The notes under the pieces: generated by a model
Seen by the model: only the letters and a program-made list of their open reading frames with translations
What the model was told of the DNA's origin: nothing
Databases searched by the model: none
Program-made: the position numbers and the translations under genes
Shown: in pieces, positions 8,723-16,072 of the stretch
Layout: every line of letters starts with the position of its first letter
Position numbering within the stretch: the first letter of the stretch is position 1
DNA from: a virus
Lineage: Duplodnaviria; Heunggongvirae; Uroviricota; Caudoviricetes
Reading direction: 5' to 3' (one strand)
DNA length: 16,072 bases
Virus record (IMG/VR): IMGVR_UViG_3300032308_002078
Span: 1 to 16,072 of that record

Positions 8723-9340
8723 AAATCAATATACATTTACTATCTTCATACTGGTGATAATAAACCTTTTTATATAGGTAAAACCCAATCTTTAAAAACA
8801 AGATTATCATCTCACAAAAGAAAATTTGGAAAAAATATTCAAATATGTGAACTTGTAGTAGTTAAAGAAAGTGATTGGAAGTTTTGGGAAAATTATTATA
8901 TTAATTTATATAAAGAAAAAGGATATAATTTAAAAAATAATAATAACGGTGGTGGAGGATGTGATAAATTATCTGAACACTCAAAACAACTTATACGAGA
9001 AAAACTTACTGGAAGATATTATCCTGAAGAATGGAGAATCAAACAATCAATGTCAACTAAAGGAAAACCAAAAAACCATCCTCCCAATAGAGGAGAAAAT
9101 ATAAGTAAAGCTAAAAAGGGAATATCAAACCCTAAATTAAAAGAAGCAAGAACAGGTAAACCTCATCCAAAAAAAGGTTGGAAAATTAAACAATTTGACT
9201 TATCTTCCAATCATATTAAAGATTGGGAATCAGCAAAAATAGCGGGAGAAACACTAAATATATCTCCAGCATTGATTAGAGATGCCGCTTTAGGAAAACA
9301 AAAAACAGCAGGTGGATATAAATGGGATTATGACAAATAA
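8720..9340 (+). CDS. Free-standing GIY-YIG homing endonuclease with NUMOD3-like repeats and a C-terminal NUMOD1/IENR1-like HTH
   Basis: N-terminal IYIYYL...FYIGKT..LKTRLSSH, downstream E and NNNNGGGG; basic repeats SEHSKQLIREKLTG, EEWRIKQSMSTKG, ENISKAKKG; C-terminal IRDAALGKQKTAGGYKWDY. Confidence 0.9.
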   Translation: MKSIYIYYLHTGDNKPFYIGKTQSLKTRLSSHKRKFGKNIQICELVVVKESDWKFWENYYINLYKEKGYNLKNNNNGGGGCDKLSEHSKQLIREKLTGRYYPEEWRIKQSMSTKGKPKNHPPNRGENISKAKKGISNPKLKEARTGKPHPKKGWKIKQFDLSSNHIKDWESAKIAGETLNISPALIRDAALGKQKTAGGYKWDYDK

Positions 9341-9770
9341 ACAAACTAGTTTTACAATATTTGATTGGTTGAAACAGGTAACATACGATAAACAACCTTG
9401 GTCATCTTTTACAGAAGATCAGCGAAGTTCGTTTAATTCTTACATGGTTCATCGTTTTGTTAGTATGTATGAAGGGTATACAGAGGTTGCGAATTATGGC
9501 CAAAGGATACCATATCCTGATAAAGAAAAAACCTATAAATACTACTGCCATATGTTACCTAAAAAGAATGTCTTCCTCAAGTATGTGAAAAGTTCACGTA
9601 AAAAACCAAACGAACAGTTATTGCAACACATTGCAAATCATTTTACAGTATCATTAGGTGAAGCAGAAGAATATATTGAGTTATTAAAAAAAGCCGGAGT
9701 AGAACAAATCCTTGAAAAATCAGGAATTGAAGAAAAGGAAATAAAAAAGTTATTAAAAGAAGTTAAATGA
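9330..9770 (+). CDS. Clamp loader second subunit (T4 gp62-like)
   Basis: IFDWLKQVTYDK...FNSYMVHRFVS...YKYYCHMLPKKNVFLKYVK follows the gp62 pattern seen in T4-like phages (recalled, not aligned). ATG at 9330 preferred over GTG at 9312. Confidence 0.7.
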   Translation: MTNKQTSFTIFDWLKQVTYDKQPWSSFTEDQRSSFNSYMVHRFVSMYEGYTEVANYGQRIPYPDKEKTYKYYCHMLPKKNVFLKYVKSSRKKPNEQLLQHIANHFTVSLGEAEEYIELLKKAGVEQILEKSGIEEKEIKKLLKEVK

Positions 9771-10018
9771 CAAAAAATAGCGATCTAGGAACTAGAGAAA
9801 AACATCCTGAAACAAGAACCATAATTAAAACTGATTCAGTAGTAGATTCTATTGTTGATAGTTTTATTTCAAGAGCATCTAAAGGTAAAGAAAAATATGG
9901 ACATACATTAGATAGAAATGATTTATCTACTTTAGAGTGGATTAGTCATGCTCAAGAAGAACTAATGGATGGTATCCTTTATCTCGAAAAACTTAAAAAA
10001 ACCTTAGGTGGTAAATAG
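9767..10018 (+). CDS. Putative MazG-like all-alpha nucleotide pyrophosphohydrolase (83 aa)
   Basis: R..KG..KYG..L...W..HAQEELMD...YLEK; the helical EExxD motif resembles the MazG EELGD metal-binding motif. Confidence 0.45.
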   Translation: MTKNSDLGTREKHPETRTIIKTDSVVDSIVDSFISRASKGKEKYGHTLDRNDLSTLEWISHAQEELMDGILYLEKLKKTLGGK

Positions 10019-10020
10019 TT

Positions 10021-10974
10021 TTGGGACGTAAGAAAAAAATACCTGCTATTGTAAAGCAGATTAAAAAGCAACCTGTTAATGAGGTTAACTATGCGACACA
10101 AAAATCAATATCATATAGTCAGCTTTCTATGTATACTAATTGCCCTCATAAATGGTCATTACAGTATAAAGACGGCCATTACACGTCTGAATCGTCAATC
10201 CATATGACTTTTGGGACTGCGTTGCATGAGGCATTACAGCATTATATAACCACTATATATGAGGTTAGCGGCGCAGCAGCTGACCGAATTGACCTAGAAG
10301 CTTATTTTGAGGAACGTTTTAGAGAAACATATCTAAAAGATTATAAATCAAATAAGAAAGTTCATTTTAGTGATCCTGTCCAAATGAAAGAATTTTTTGA
10401 GGATGGGTTAGAAATTATTAAAGCTGTAAAGAAAAACAGAGCAGGTATTTTTAATAAACAAGGATGGCATTTGATTGGATGTGAAGTACCTATTGTTTTA
10501 ACCCCATTACCTCAATATCATAATGTTTTATATAAAGGTTATTTGGATGTTGTTTTATATAATGAAACTTATAATGAGTTTAAGATCTTAGACATCAAAA
10601 CGTCTACTAAAGGTTGGAGTGATTATGAGAAAAAAGATGAAACAAAACAATTCCAATTAATACTTTATAAATACTTCTTTGCTAAACAATTTGGAGTTGA
10701 TGTTGATAAAATTAACATTCAGTTTTTTATTGTTAAACGTAAAATATGGAAAGAGTCACCATTTCCACTTTCTAGAATACAAGAGTTCACACCAGCAAGC
10801 GGTAAAGTAAAATTAAATAAAGCAGTAAATGCTGTAACAAATTTTATAGAAGGGGTATTTAATATAGATGGTTCTTATAAAGATATAAGCCATGAACCAA
10901 ACCCAAGTTTAAATAACTGTAAGTTTTGTCCTTTTAAAAATGATAAAAAACTTTGTTCTAGAGGTATATCTTAA
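10021..10974 (+). CDS. PD-(D/E)XK nuclease, Cas4/RecB/AddB-like, with a probable Fe-S cluster
   Basis: SYSQL...NCP, FGTALHEALQ, E, GYLD, DIKT, QLILY and C-terminal CKFC-x8-C. TTG start. Confidence 0.88.
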   Translation: MGRKKKIPAIVKQIKKQPVNEVNYATQKSISYSQLSMYTNCPHKWSLQYKDGHYTSESSIHMTFGTALHEALQHYITTIYEVSGAAADRIDLEAYFEERFRETYLKDYKSNKKVHFSDPVQMKEFFEDGLEIIKAVKKNRAGIFNKQGWHLIGCEVPIVLTPLPQYHNVLYKGYLDVVLYNETYNEFKILDIKTSTKGWSDYEKKDETKQFQLILYKYFFAKQFGVDVDKINIQFFIVKRKIWKESPFPLSRIQEFTPASGKVKLNKAVNAVTNFIEGVFNIDGSYKDISHEPNPSLNNCKFCPFKNDKKLCSRGIS

Positions 10975-10985
10975 CAAAATAATAG

Positions 10986-10995
10986 TATATTTATA
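10986..10995 (+). promoter_or_regulatory. ATATTTAT promoter-like element upstream of the RHH-glycosyltransferase cluster
   Basis: TATATTTATA in a 38-nt intergenic gap; the same ATATTTAT core precedes the homing endonuclease (8704-8711). Confidence 0.4.
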
Positions 10996-11012
10996 TATAA
11001 CAAATAAAAGCT

Positions 11013-11204
11013 ATGACAAAAAAAGATATGACATTAACCTCTGTAAAAGTACAGAGTGAGTTATTTGAAGATTTCAAAATTGCTTGTGTAAAGTATAAAT
11101 TCTCTTTACAAAAGCTTGCTGATCGAACAATTCATCTTTATCTTACCGATGAAGATTTTAGAAAAAAAGTTCACAATCACAACAATTTAGAAATTAAAAA
11201 TTAA
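11013..11204 (+). CDS. Small ribbon-helix-helix-like DNA-binding protein (63 aa)
   Basis: Alternating strand LTSVKV followed by two amphipathic helices (SELFEDFKIACVK, SLQKLADRTIHLYL), the MetJ/Arc/CopG pattern. Confidence 0.55.
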   Translation: MTKKDMTLTSVKVQSELFEDFKIACVKYKFSLQKLADRTIHLYLTDEDFRKKVHNHNNLEIKN

Positions 11205-11212
11205 GAAAAAAT

Positions 11213-12649
11213 ATGAATAAAAGTTTTGCTTACTTACCTCCTGATAAGAGGAAGAAGATTATGCTTATCTGTGATGACATTAGAGTTCATTCAGGAGTAG
11301 CAACAGTGGGGAGAGAAATTGTAATCCATACTGCTCAACATTTTAATTGGGTCAATATTGGAGGAGCTATTAAACATCCAGATAATGGAAAACGTTTAGA
11401 CTTATCTCAATCAACTAATGAGACAACTGGATTAACTGATTCACTTGTTATTATGTACCCAGTGGATGAATACGGCAATCCAGATGTTTTACGACAGTTG
11501 ATTGAATTAGAGAAACCAGACGCGATTATGTTGATTACAGATCCTCGTTATTTTGTTTGGTTGTTTATGATGGAAAATGAAATCCGTAAGTCAATTCCTA
11601 TTACTTATTTGAATATTTGGGATGATTATCCAGCTCCATTGTATAATAAAGCATATTATGAGGCTTGTGATTTATTAATGGGTATTTCAAAACAAACTGT
11701 TAATATTAATAAGTTAGTATTAGGTGAAAAAGCAGATACTAAAATTATTAAATATATACCTCATGGTTTGAATCACGATATATTTAAACCGTTAGATGAA
11801 AATGATTCTAATTTAAAAGAATTTAAAAAACAATTATTTAAAGGTAAAGAATATGATTTTGCTTTATTGTTTAATTCTAGGAATATTAGACGAAAACAAA
11901 TTCCTGATACTATTTTAGCTTATAGACATTTCATTGATACTTTATCTATTGAAGATGCTAAAAAATGTTGTTTAGTACTTCATACAGAACATATTAATGA
12001 ACATGGTACTGATTTAGATGCTGTAATTGAATTGTTAGCTAATGGTGAACAATATAATATTTTATTCACAGATGCTAGATTTGATGCTACTCAAATGAAT
12101 ATGTTATATAATAGTACTGATGCTCAAATTTTATTAACATCTAATGAAGGTTGGGGATTAAGTTTAACTGAAGCTATTTTAGCTGGTAAGCCTATTATTG
12201 CTAACGTAACAGGTGGTATGCAAGATCAAATGAGGTTTGAATTTGAAGATGGTACTTGGATTGATTTTGATTCAGAATTTCCATCTAACCATAGAGGCAC
12301 AATCAGAAAACATGGTAAATGGGCATTTCCAGTATATCCTTCATCTCGTACTTTAGTAGGTTCTCCTCCAACACCATATATTTGGGATGATACTTGCCGT
12401 CCGGAAGACGCAGCTGAACAAATTAAAGCTGTTTATGAGTTAACTCCTACTGAAAGAAAAGAAAGAGGATTAGCTGGTAGAGAATGGGCAACCGGAGAAG
12501 AAGCAGGTTTTACTGGTGAACATCAAGGTAAAAGAGTTATTGAAGCATTTGATCAATTATTTGAAACTTGGAAACCAAGAGAAAAATTTGAATTTATTAA
12601 TACAAATGAAGTTAAAGATAGAGTTATAAACCATAAATTGTTATATTAA
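11213..12649 (+). CDS. Glycosyltransferase family 4 (GT-B fold)
   Basis: N-terminal HSGVATV, YIPHGL, RNIRRKQIPD and the EX7E motif EGWGLSLTEAILAGKPIIANVTGG. Confidence 0.9.
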   Translation: MNKSFAYLPPDKRKKIMLICDDIRVHSGVATVGREIVIHTAQHFNWVNIGGAIKHPDNGKRLDLSQSTNETTGLTDSLVIMYPVDEYGNPDVLRQLIELEKPDAIMLITDPRYFVWLFMMENEIRKSIPITYLNIWDDYPAPLYNKAYYEACDLLMGISKQTVNINKLVLGEKADTKIIKYIPHGLNHDIFKPLDENDSNLKEFKKQLFKGKEYDFALLFNSRNIRRKQIPDTILAYRHFIDTLSIEDAKKCCLVLHTEHINEHGTDLDAVIELLANGEQYNILFTDARFDATQMNMLYNSTDAQILLTSNEGWGLSLTEAILAGKPIIANVTGGMQDQMRFEFEDGTWIDFDSEFPSNHRGTIRKHGKWAFPVYPSSRTLVGSPPTPYIWDDTCRPEDAAEQIKAVYELTPTERKERGLAGREWATGEEAGFTGEHQGKRVIEAFDQLFETWKPREKFEFINTNEVKDRVINHKLLY

Positions 12650-12653
12650 AAAA

Positions 12654-13955
12654 ATGAATAAACCGTTATTTGTAATTAGTAGCTGCTTTGATACTTACTC
12701 AGGCTACGGAGCTAGAAGTCGTGATTTGATTAAAGCTATTGTTGAAACAGACAGATACAATGTTAAACTATTATCCCAACGATGGGGAGCTACACCATTT
12801 GGATTTTGTAAAGATAATCCAGAATGGAAGTTCTTATTAGATTTATTATTGCCTCAAAACCAATTAACACAAAAACCAGATATATGGGCCCAAATTACTA
12901 TTCCTAATGAATTTCAACCTATAGGAAAATTTAATATTGGTTTCACTGCAGGTATTGAAACTACCTTATGTGCTGGTGATTGGATTGAAGGATTAAATAG
13001 AATGGATTTAAATATTGTTTCATCTGAACATTCTAAAAAAGTATTTAGTGATTCTAAATATGAAAAAAGAAATAAGCAAACTAATGCTTTAGAAGGAAAT
13101 ATTGAACTTAATAAACCTGTTGAAGTATTGTTTGAAGGAGTTAACACTGATGTTTATAAAGTAATTGATACACCTTGTTCATTAGACATTCAAATTAAAG
13201 AAAAATTTGCTTATTTGTTTGTAGGTCATTGGATGCAAGGTGATTTAGGTGAGGATAGAAAAAACGTAGGTTTGTTAGTAAAAGCGTTTTTTGAAACTTT
13301 TAAAAACAAAACTAACAAACCTGCTTTAATTTTGAAAACATCTCAAATGGGTTCATCATATGTTGATAGGGAAGAAATTTTAAAGAAAATTAAAAAAATC
13401 CGTAAAACAGTAAACTCAAATAATTTACCTAATATTTACCTGTTACATGGTGAGTTCACTGATGAAGAAATGAATGAAATTTATAATCATTCTAAAGTTA
13501 AAGCAATGGTTAGTTTGACTAAAGGTGAAGGTTTTGGTCGTCCATTACTTGAATTTAGTTTAGTTAAAAAACCACTAATTACTACAGGATGGTCAGGTCA
13601 AATGGATTTTTTAAATCCTGAATTTGTACCTTTAATTAAAGGTCAATTGACTAATGTTCATCCAAGTGCTGCTAATCAATGGTTGTTAACTGAATCACAA
13701 TGGTTTTCTCCTGAACCAAGTCAAATAGGTTTTTACTTAAAAGATGTATTTGAAAATTATAAAAAATATTCTGAGAATGCTAAAAGACAAGCATTTAAAA
13801 ACAAAAATGAATTCAGTTGGGAAAAAATGGCTGATAAAGTAGATGAATTGTTTATTAAATATATTCCTGAATTTCCAAAAGAAATGGAACTTAAATTACC
13901 TCAATTAAAGAAAATTGAATTACCAAAACTTAAAAAATTAAATACAAATGGATAA
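12654..13955 (+). CDS. Glycosyltransferase family 4 (GT-B fold), second enzyme
   Basis: YSGYG, FVGHW, RKNVGLL and the EX7E motif EGFGRPLLEFSLVKKPLITTGWSGQMDF. Confidence 0.9.
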   Translation: MNKPLFVISSCFDTYSGYGARSRDLIKAIVETDRYNVKLLSQRWGATPFGFCKDNPEWKFLLDLLLPQNQLTQKPDIWAQITIPNEFQPIGKFNIGFTAGIETTLCAGDWIEGLNRMDLNIVSSEHSKKVFSDSKYEKRNKQTNALEGNIELNKPVEVLFEGVNTDVYKVIDTPCSLDIQIKEKFAYLFVGHWMQGDLGEDRKNVGLLVKAFFETFKNKTNKPALILKTSQMGSSYVDREEILKKIKKIRKTVNSNNLPNIYLLHGEFTDEEMNEIYNHSKVKAMVSLTKGEGFGRPLLEFSLVKKPLITTGWSGQMDFLNPEFVPLIKGQLTNVHPSAANQWLLTESQWFSPEPSQIGFYLKDVFENYKKYSENAKRQAFKNKNEFSWEKMADKVDELFIKYIPEFPKEMELKLPQLKKIELPKLKKLNTNG

Positions 13956-14403
13956 TCTAATTAATTGTACTCGATGTGGTTCTGATGCTTGTTATGTAGA
14001 TGAAGTGAACCAAGATATTAAAACCTATTTTTGCTACGGATGTGGTTTTCAAACTAATTCATTAATGAAAGAAGGTGAAGAATTTTATGAACAACAAATA
14101 GCTCTTCTACCTGAACTTTATAAGGATTTACTTTATACAGATGAAAATGGATTGATTTGGATGCCTTCAACTGTTAATGTCCCTTCTCAAGGAATGATAT
14201 TTGCTAATGGAGCAGATGCTTTTAGTTGGAAATGGGCAGCTGTGAAAGCAGTAAAAGTAAGTGAAGAAGAAAAAACTAAATATCCTATACCAGGTAAAGA
14301 AGGACAATACTATGATTGGAGAATGGATATGTCTACATTACAAGAATTTCCTGAACGTGAGTATATGGATGCTCTTTCATACATTGGTGTATTACCAGAA
14401 TGA
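13948..14403 (+). CDS. Cys-rich, putative zinc-binding protein (151 aa)
   Basis: CTRC-x4-C...CYGC at the N-terminus; overlaps both neighbouring glycosyltransferase genes. Confidence 0.7.
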   Translation: MDNLINCTRCGSDACYVDEVNQDIKTYFCYGCGFQTNSLMKEGEEFYEQQIALLPELYKDLLYTDENGLIWMPSTVNVPSQGMIFANGADAFSWKWAAVKAVKVSEEEKTKYPIPGKEGQYYDWRMDMSTLQEFPEREYMDALSYIGVLPE

Positions 14404-15008
14404 TTAGTATAGCTATAACAGTTTGCAACGAACATAAGGAGTTAGAGACTCTACTTGATTATCTTCAAGAACGAGCTCTATCTCCTGAGTACGAAATTGT
14501 AGTACAAATTGATCAAGATAACCATACTGAAGAAGTATTAGGTGTTATTCTTGATAGAGGTATTAAACATTGGTTTTTTCCTTTAAATAAAGATTTTGCT
14601 ACTTATAAAAATGAACTTAAAAAATATTGTTCTGGAGAATTTATATTTCAAATAGATGCTGATGAGTTAGTTGCCCCTGAAATGTTTGGATCCTTACCTC
14701 TTATTTTAGAAGCAAACCCGGAAGTTGATTTGTATTATGTTCCTAGAATTAATACTGTAAGTGGTATCACTCAGGAACATATACAAAAATGGGGTTGGAG
14801 ATATGAAAACGAAAGAGTAAATTGGCCTGACTATCAAACTAGAATTTATAGAAATTCTCCTGAAATTAAATGGAGAAATGCGGTTCATGAAGTAATTGAG
14901 GGTCATAAACACTTTACAGTATTACCTGCTGTAGATGAATTAGCTTTAATTCATCCTAAAACAATAGAAAAACAAGAAAAACAAAATAACTTTTATAATA
15001 TGTTATGA
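14400..15008 (+). CDS. Glycosyltransferase family 2 (GT-A fold)
   Basis: ISIAITVCNE N-terminus, DXD motif in FIFQIDADE, WPDYQTRIY and VHE. Confidence 0.88.
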   Translation: MISIAITVCNEHKELETLLDYLQERALSPEYEIVVQIDQDNHTEEVLGVILDRGIKHWFFPLNKDFATYKNELKKYCSGEFIFQIDADELVAPEMFGSLPLILEANPEVDLYYVPRINTVSGITQEHIQKWGWRYENERVNWPDYQTRIYRNSPEIKWRNAVHEVIEGHKHFTVLPAVDELALIHPKTIEKQEKQNNFYNML

Positions 15009-15817
15009 AACTAAAAGTAGCTCATTTTGATGAACAAGTATTTAAAGACAAACTCCAACATTTATCTCATTTAGACTTTTCATTATTTATAGACTCAGCT
15101 CCCCAATCACAAGAAGAACTATCTGATATAAACATTATTTCCTTCCAGGAACCAAATGAATATTTTGGATTACATGATTGGACAATTAAAAATAAAGATA
15201 TATTTTCTATTATATTAACTCAAAGTGATAAAGTACTAAATAATTGTGATAATGCCCTTTATCAACCTTTTGGACATACTTGGTTAAAACCAGACCAATA
15301 TGAAAAAGAACATGATAAAGAATTTAAACTAGCTCATTTACAAGGTAAATTGTTAAAAACATATGGTCATTCTTTAAGGCATGAAATTACAGCTAGACAA
15401 AATGAATTTAATATTCTTATTAAGTTTTATGAAACATATGGAGACAGAAGCAATATTGAAGATGCTCGTTTAGGTAAAGAATTTATATTTGGAGATTCAC
15501 AGTTTGGTGTTGTAATTGAAAACACTTCAAGTCGAGGATATTTTACTGAAAAAATATTAGATTGTTTTTTACTTAAGACAATTCCTATCTACTGGGGTTG
15601 TTCGAATATAGGAGATTATTTTGATATAGACGGTATTATAACATTTAATAATGTAGATGATTTAATATACAAGACAAACCAATTAAATGAAAACTTTTAT
15701 AAAAATAGAAAAGAAATAATTGATAAAAATTGGAAATTGGCTTTAGAGTATGTAAATTATGAACAAAATGTAGTTAACACAATTACTAACATTTTTAAAC
15801 ATAATAAAATGATATAA
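15005..15817 (+). CDS. Glycosyltransferase family 10 (alpha-1,3-fucosyltransferase-like)
   Basis: FGVVIENTSSRGYFTEKILDCFLLKTIPIYWG matches the GT10 nucleotide-sugar-binding signature (FENS...YVTEK...PIYWG). Confidence 0.78.
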   Translation: MKLKVAHFDEQVFKDKLQHLSHLDFSLFIDSAPQSQEELSDINIISFQEPNEYFGLHDWTIKNKDIFSIILTQSDKVLNNCDNALYQPFGHTWLKPDQYEKEHDKEFKLAHLQGKLLKTYGHSLRHEITARQNEFNILIKFYETYGDRSNIEDARLGKEFIFGDSQFGVVIENTSSRGYFTEKILDCFLLKTIPIYWGCSNIGDYFDIDGIITFNNVDDLIYKTNQLNENFYKNRKEIIDKNWKLALEYVNYEQNVVNTITNIFKHNKMI

Positions 15818-15820
15818 GAC

Positions 15821-16072
15821 ATGATAGTAGGTAATGGTAGTATAGCTAAGGTTCTTGAAGATAGAGATGATTTAGTATTTTTCGCTTCTGGGGTAAGTAA
15901 TAGTTCTTGTTCTGATGAAAAAGAATATAATAGAGAATTTAATTTACTTAAAACAATACCTACAGATAAACATATAGTTTATTTTTCAAATTTAGGGATT
16001 TATTATAAAGAAGACAGATACACATCCCATAAAATAGAAATCGAAGAATATATAAGAACTAATTATAGTAGT
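15821..16072 (+). CDS. NAD-dependent epimerase/dehydratase-like protein, 3'-truncated (not in the ORF track)
   Basis: Manual translation, open to the window end: MIVGNGSIAKVLEDRDDLVFFASGVSNSSCSDEKEYNREFNLLKTIPTDKHIVYFSNLGIYYKEDRYTSHKIEIEEYIRTNYSS. Gly-rich N-terminal GNG, FASGVSNS and YxxxK (YTSHK). Confidence 0.65.
   Translation, partial: MIVGNGSIAKVLEDRDDLVFFASGVSNSSCSDEKEYNREFNLLKTIPTDKHIVYFSNLGIYYKEDRYTSHKIEIEEYIRTNYSS

Noticed and set aside
9312-9329. GTG start (9312) for the gp62-like gene
   Set aside because: The ATG at 9330 has the local ATT-ATG context; the added residues look like read-back into the endonuclease gene.
10016-10020. Single TAG stop suggesting amber recoding (genetic code 15)
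   Set aside because: All long genes are intact under code 11, and readthrough here would add only about 12 residues overlapping the next gene. TAG is simply rare.
10021-10974. CRISPR-Cas locus suggested by the Cas4-like nuclease
   Set aside because: No repeat-spacer array, cas1 or cas2 seen in the window.
10988-10995. T4 late promoter TATAAATA on the minus strand
   Set aside because: No minus-strand gene to drive; better read as the plus-strand ATATTTAT element, and such an octamer arises easily in AT-rich DNA.
12914-13147. Minus-strand 77-aa ORF
   Set aside because: Antisense within the second GT4; no independent support.
14706-14912. Minus-strand 68-aa ORF
   Set aside because: Antisense within the GT2 gene; no independent support.

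Overview
AT-rich, gene-dense window with every credible gene on the + strand. It is best explained as part of a large lytic dsDNA phage genome with a T4-like replisome, probably infecting a Bacteroidota host (no consistent Shine-Dalgarno motif, Bacteroidota-like promoter motifs; host is inference). Gene order: partial ORF, small DCGC protein, dUTPase-like enzyme, family B DNA polymerase, putative sliding clamp, 2 small ORFs, groES-groEL, 2 small ORFs, RFC/gp44-like clamp loader, 2 small ORFs, free-standing GIY-YIG homing endonuclease, gp62-like clamp loader subunit, MazG-like mini protein, Cas4/RecB-like Fe-S nuclease. An apparent glycosylation operon follows: ribbon-helix-helix protein, two GT4 glycosyltransferases, Cys-rich protein, GT2, GT10 fucosyltransferase-like enzyme and a truncated NAD-dependent epimerase-like gene. 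The most interesting signals are (1) the phage glycosylation cassette beside the replisome, (2) two non-canonical PolB active-site motifs (NDVYG, TSDTDS), (3) a GroEL with apparently remodelled inter-ring contacts, inserted in the replication module, (4) a hairpin that buries the homing endonuclease start codon, and (5) a fixed-spacing promoter/operator motif. All family calls come from motifs recognised by eye; no searches were run.
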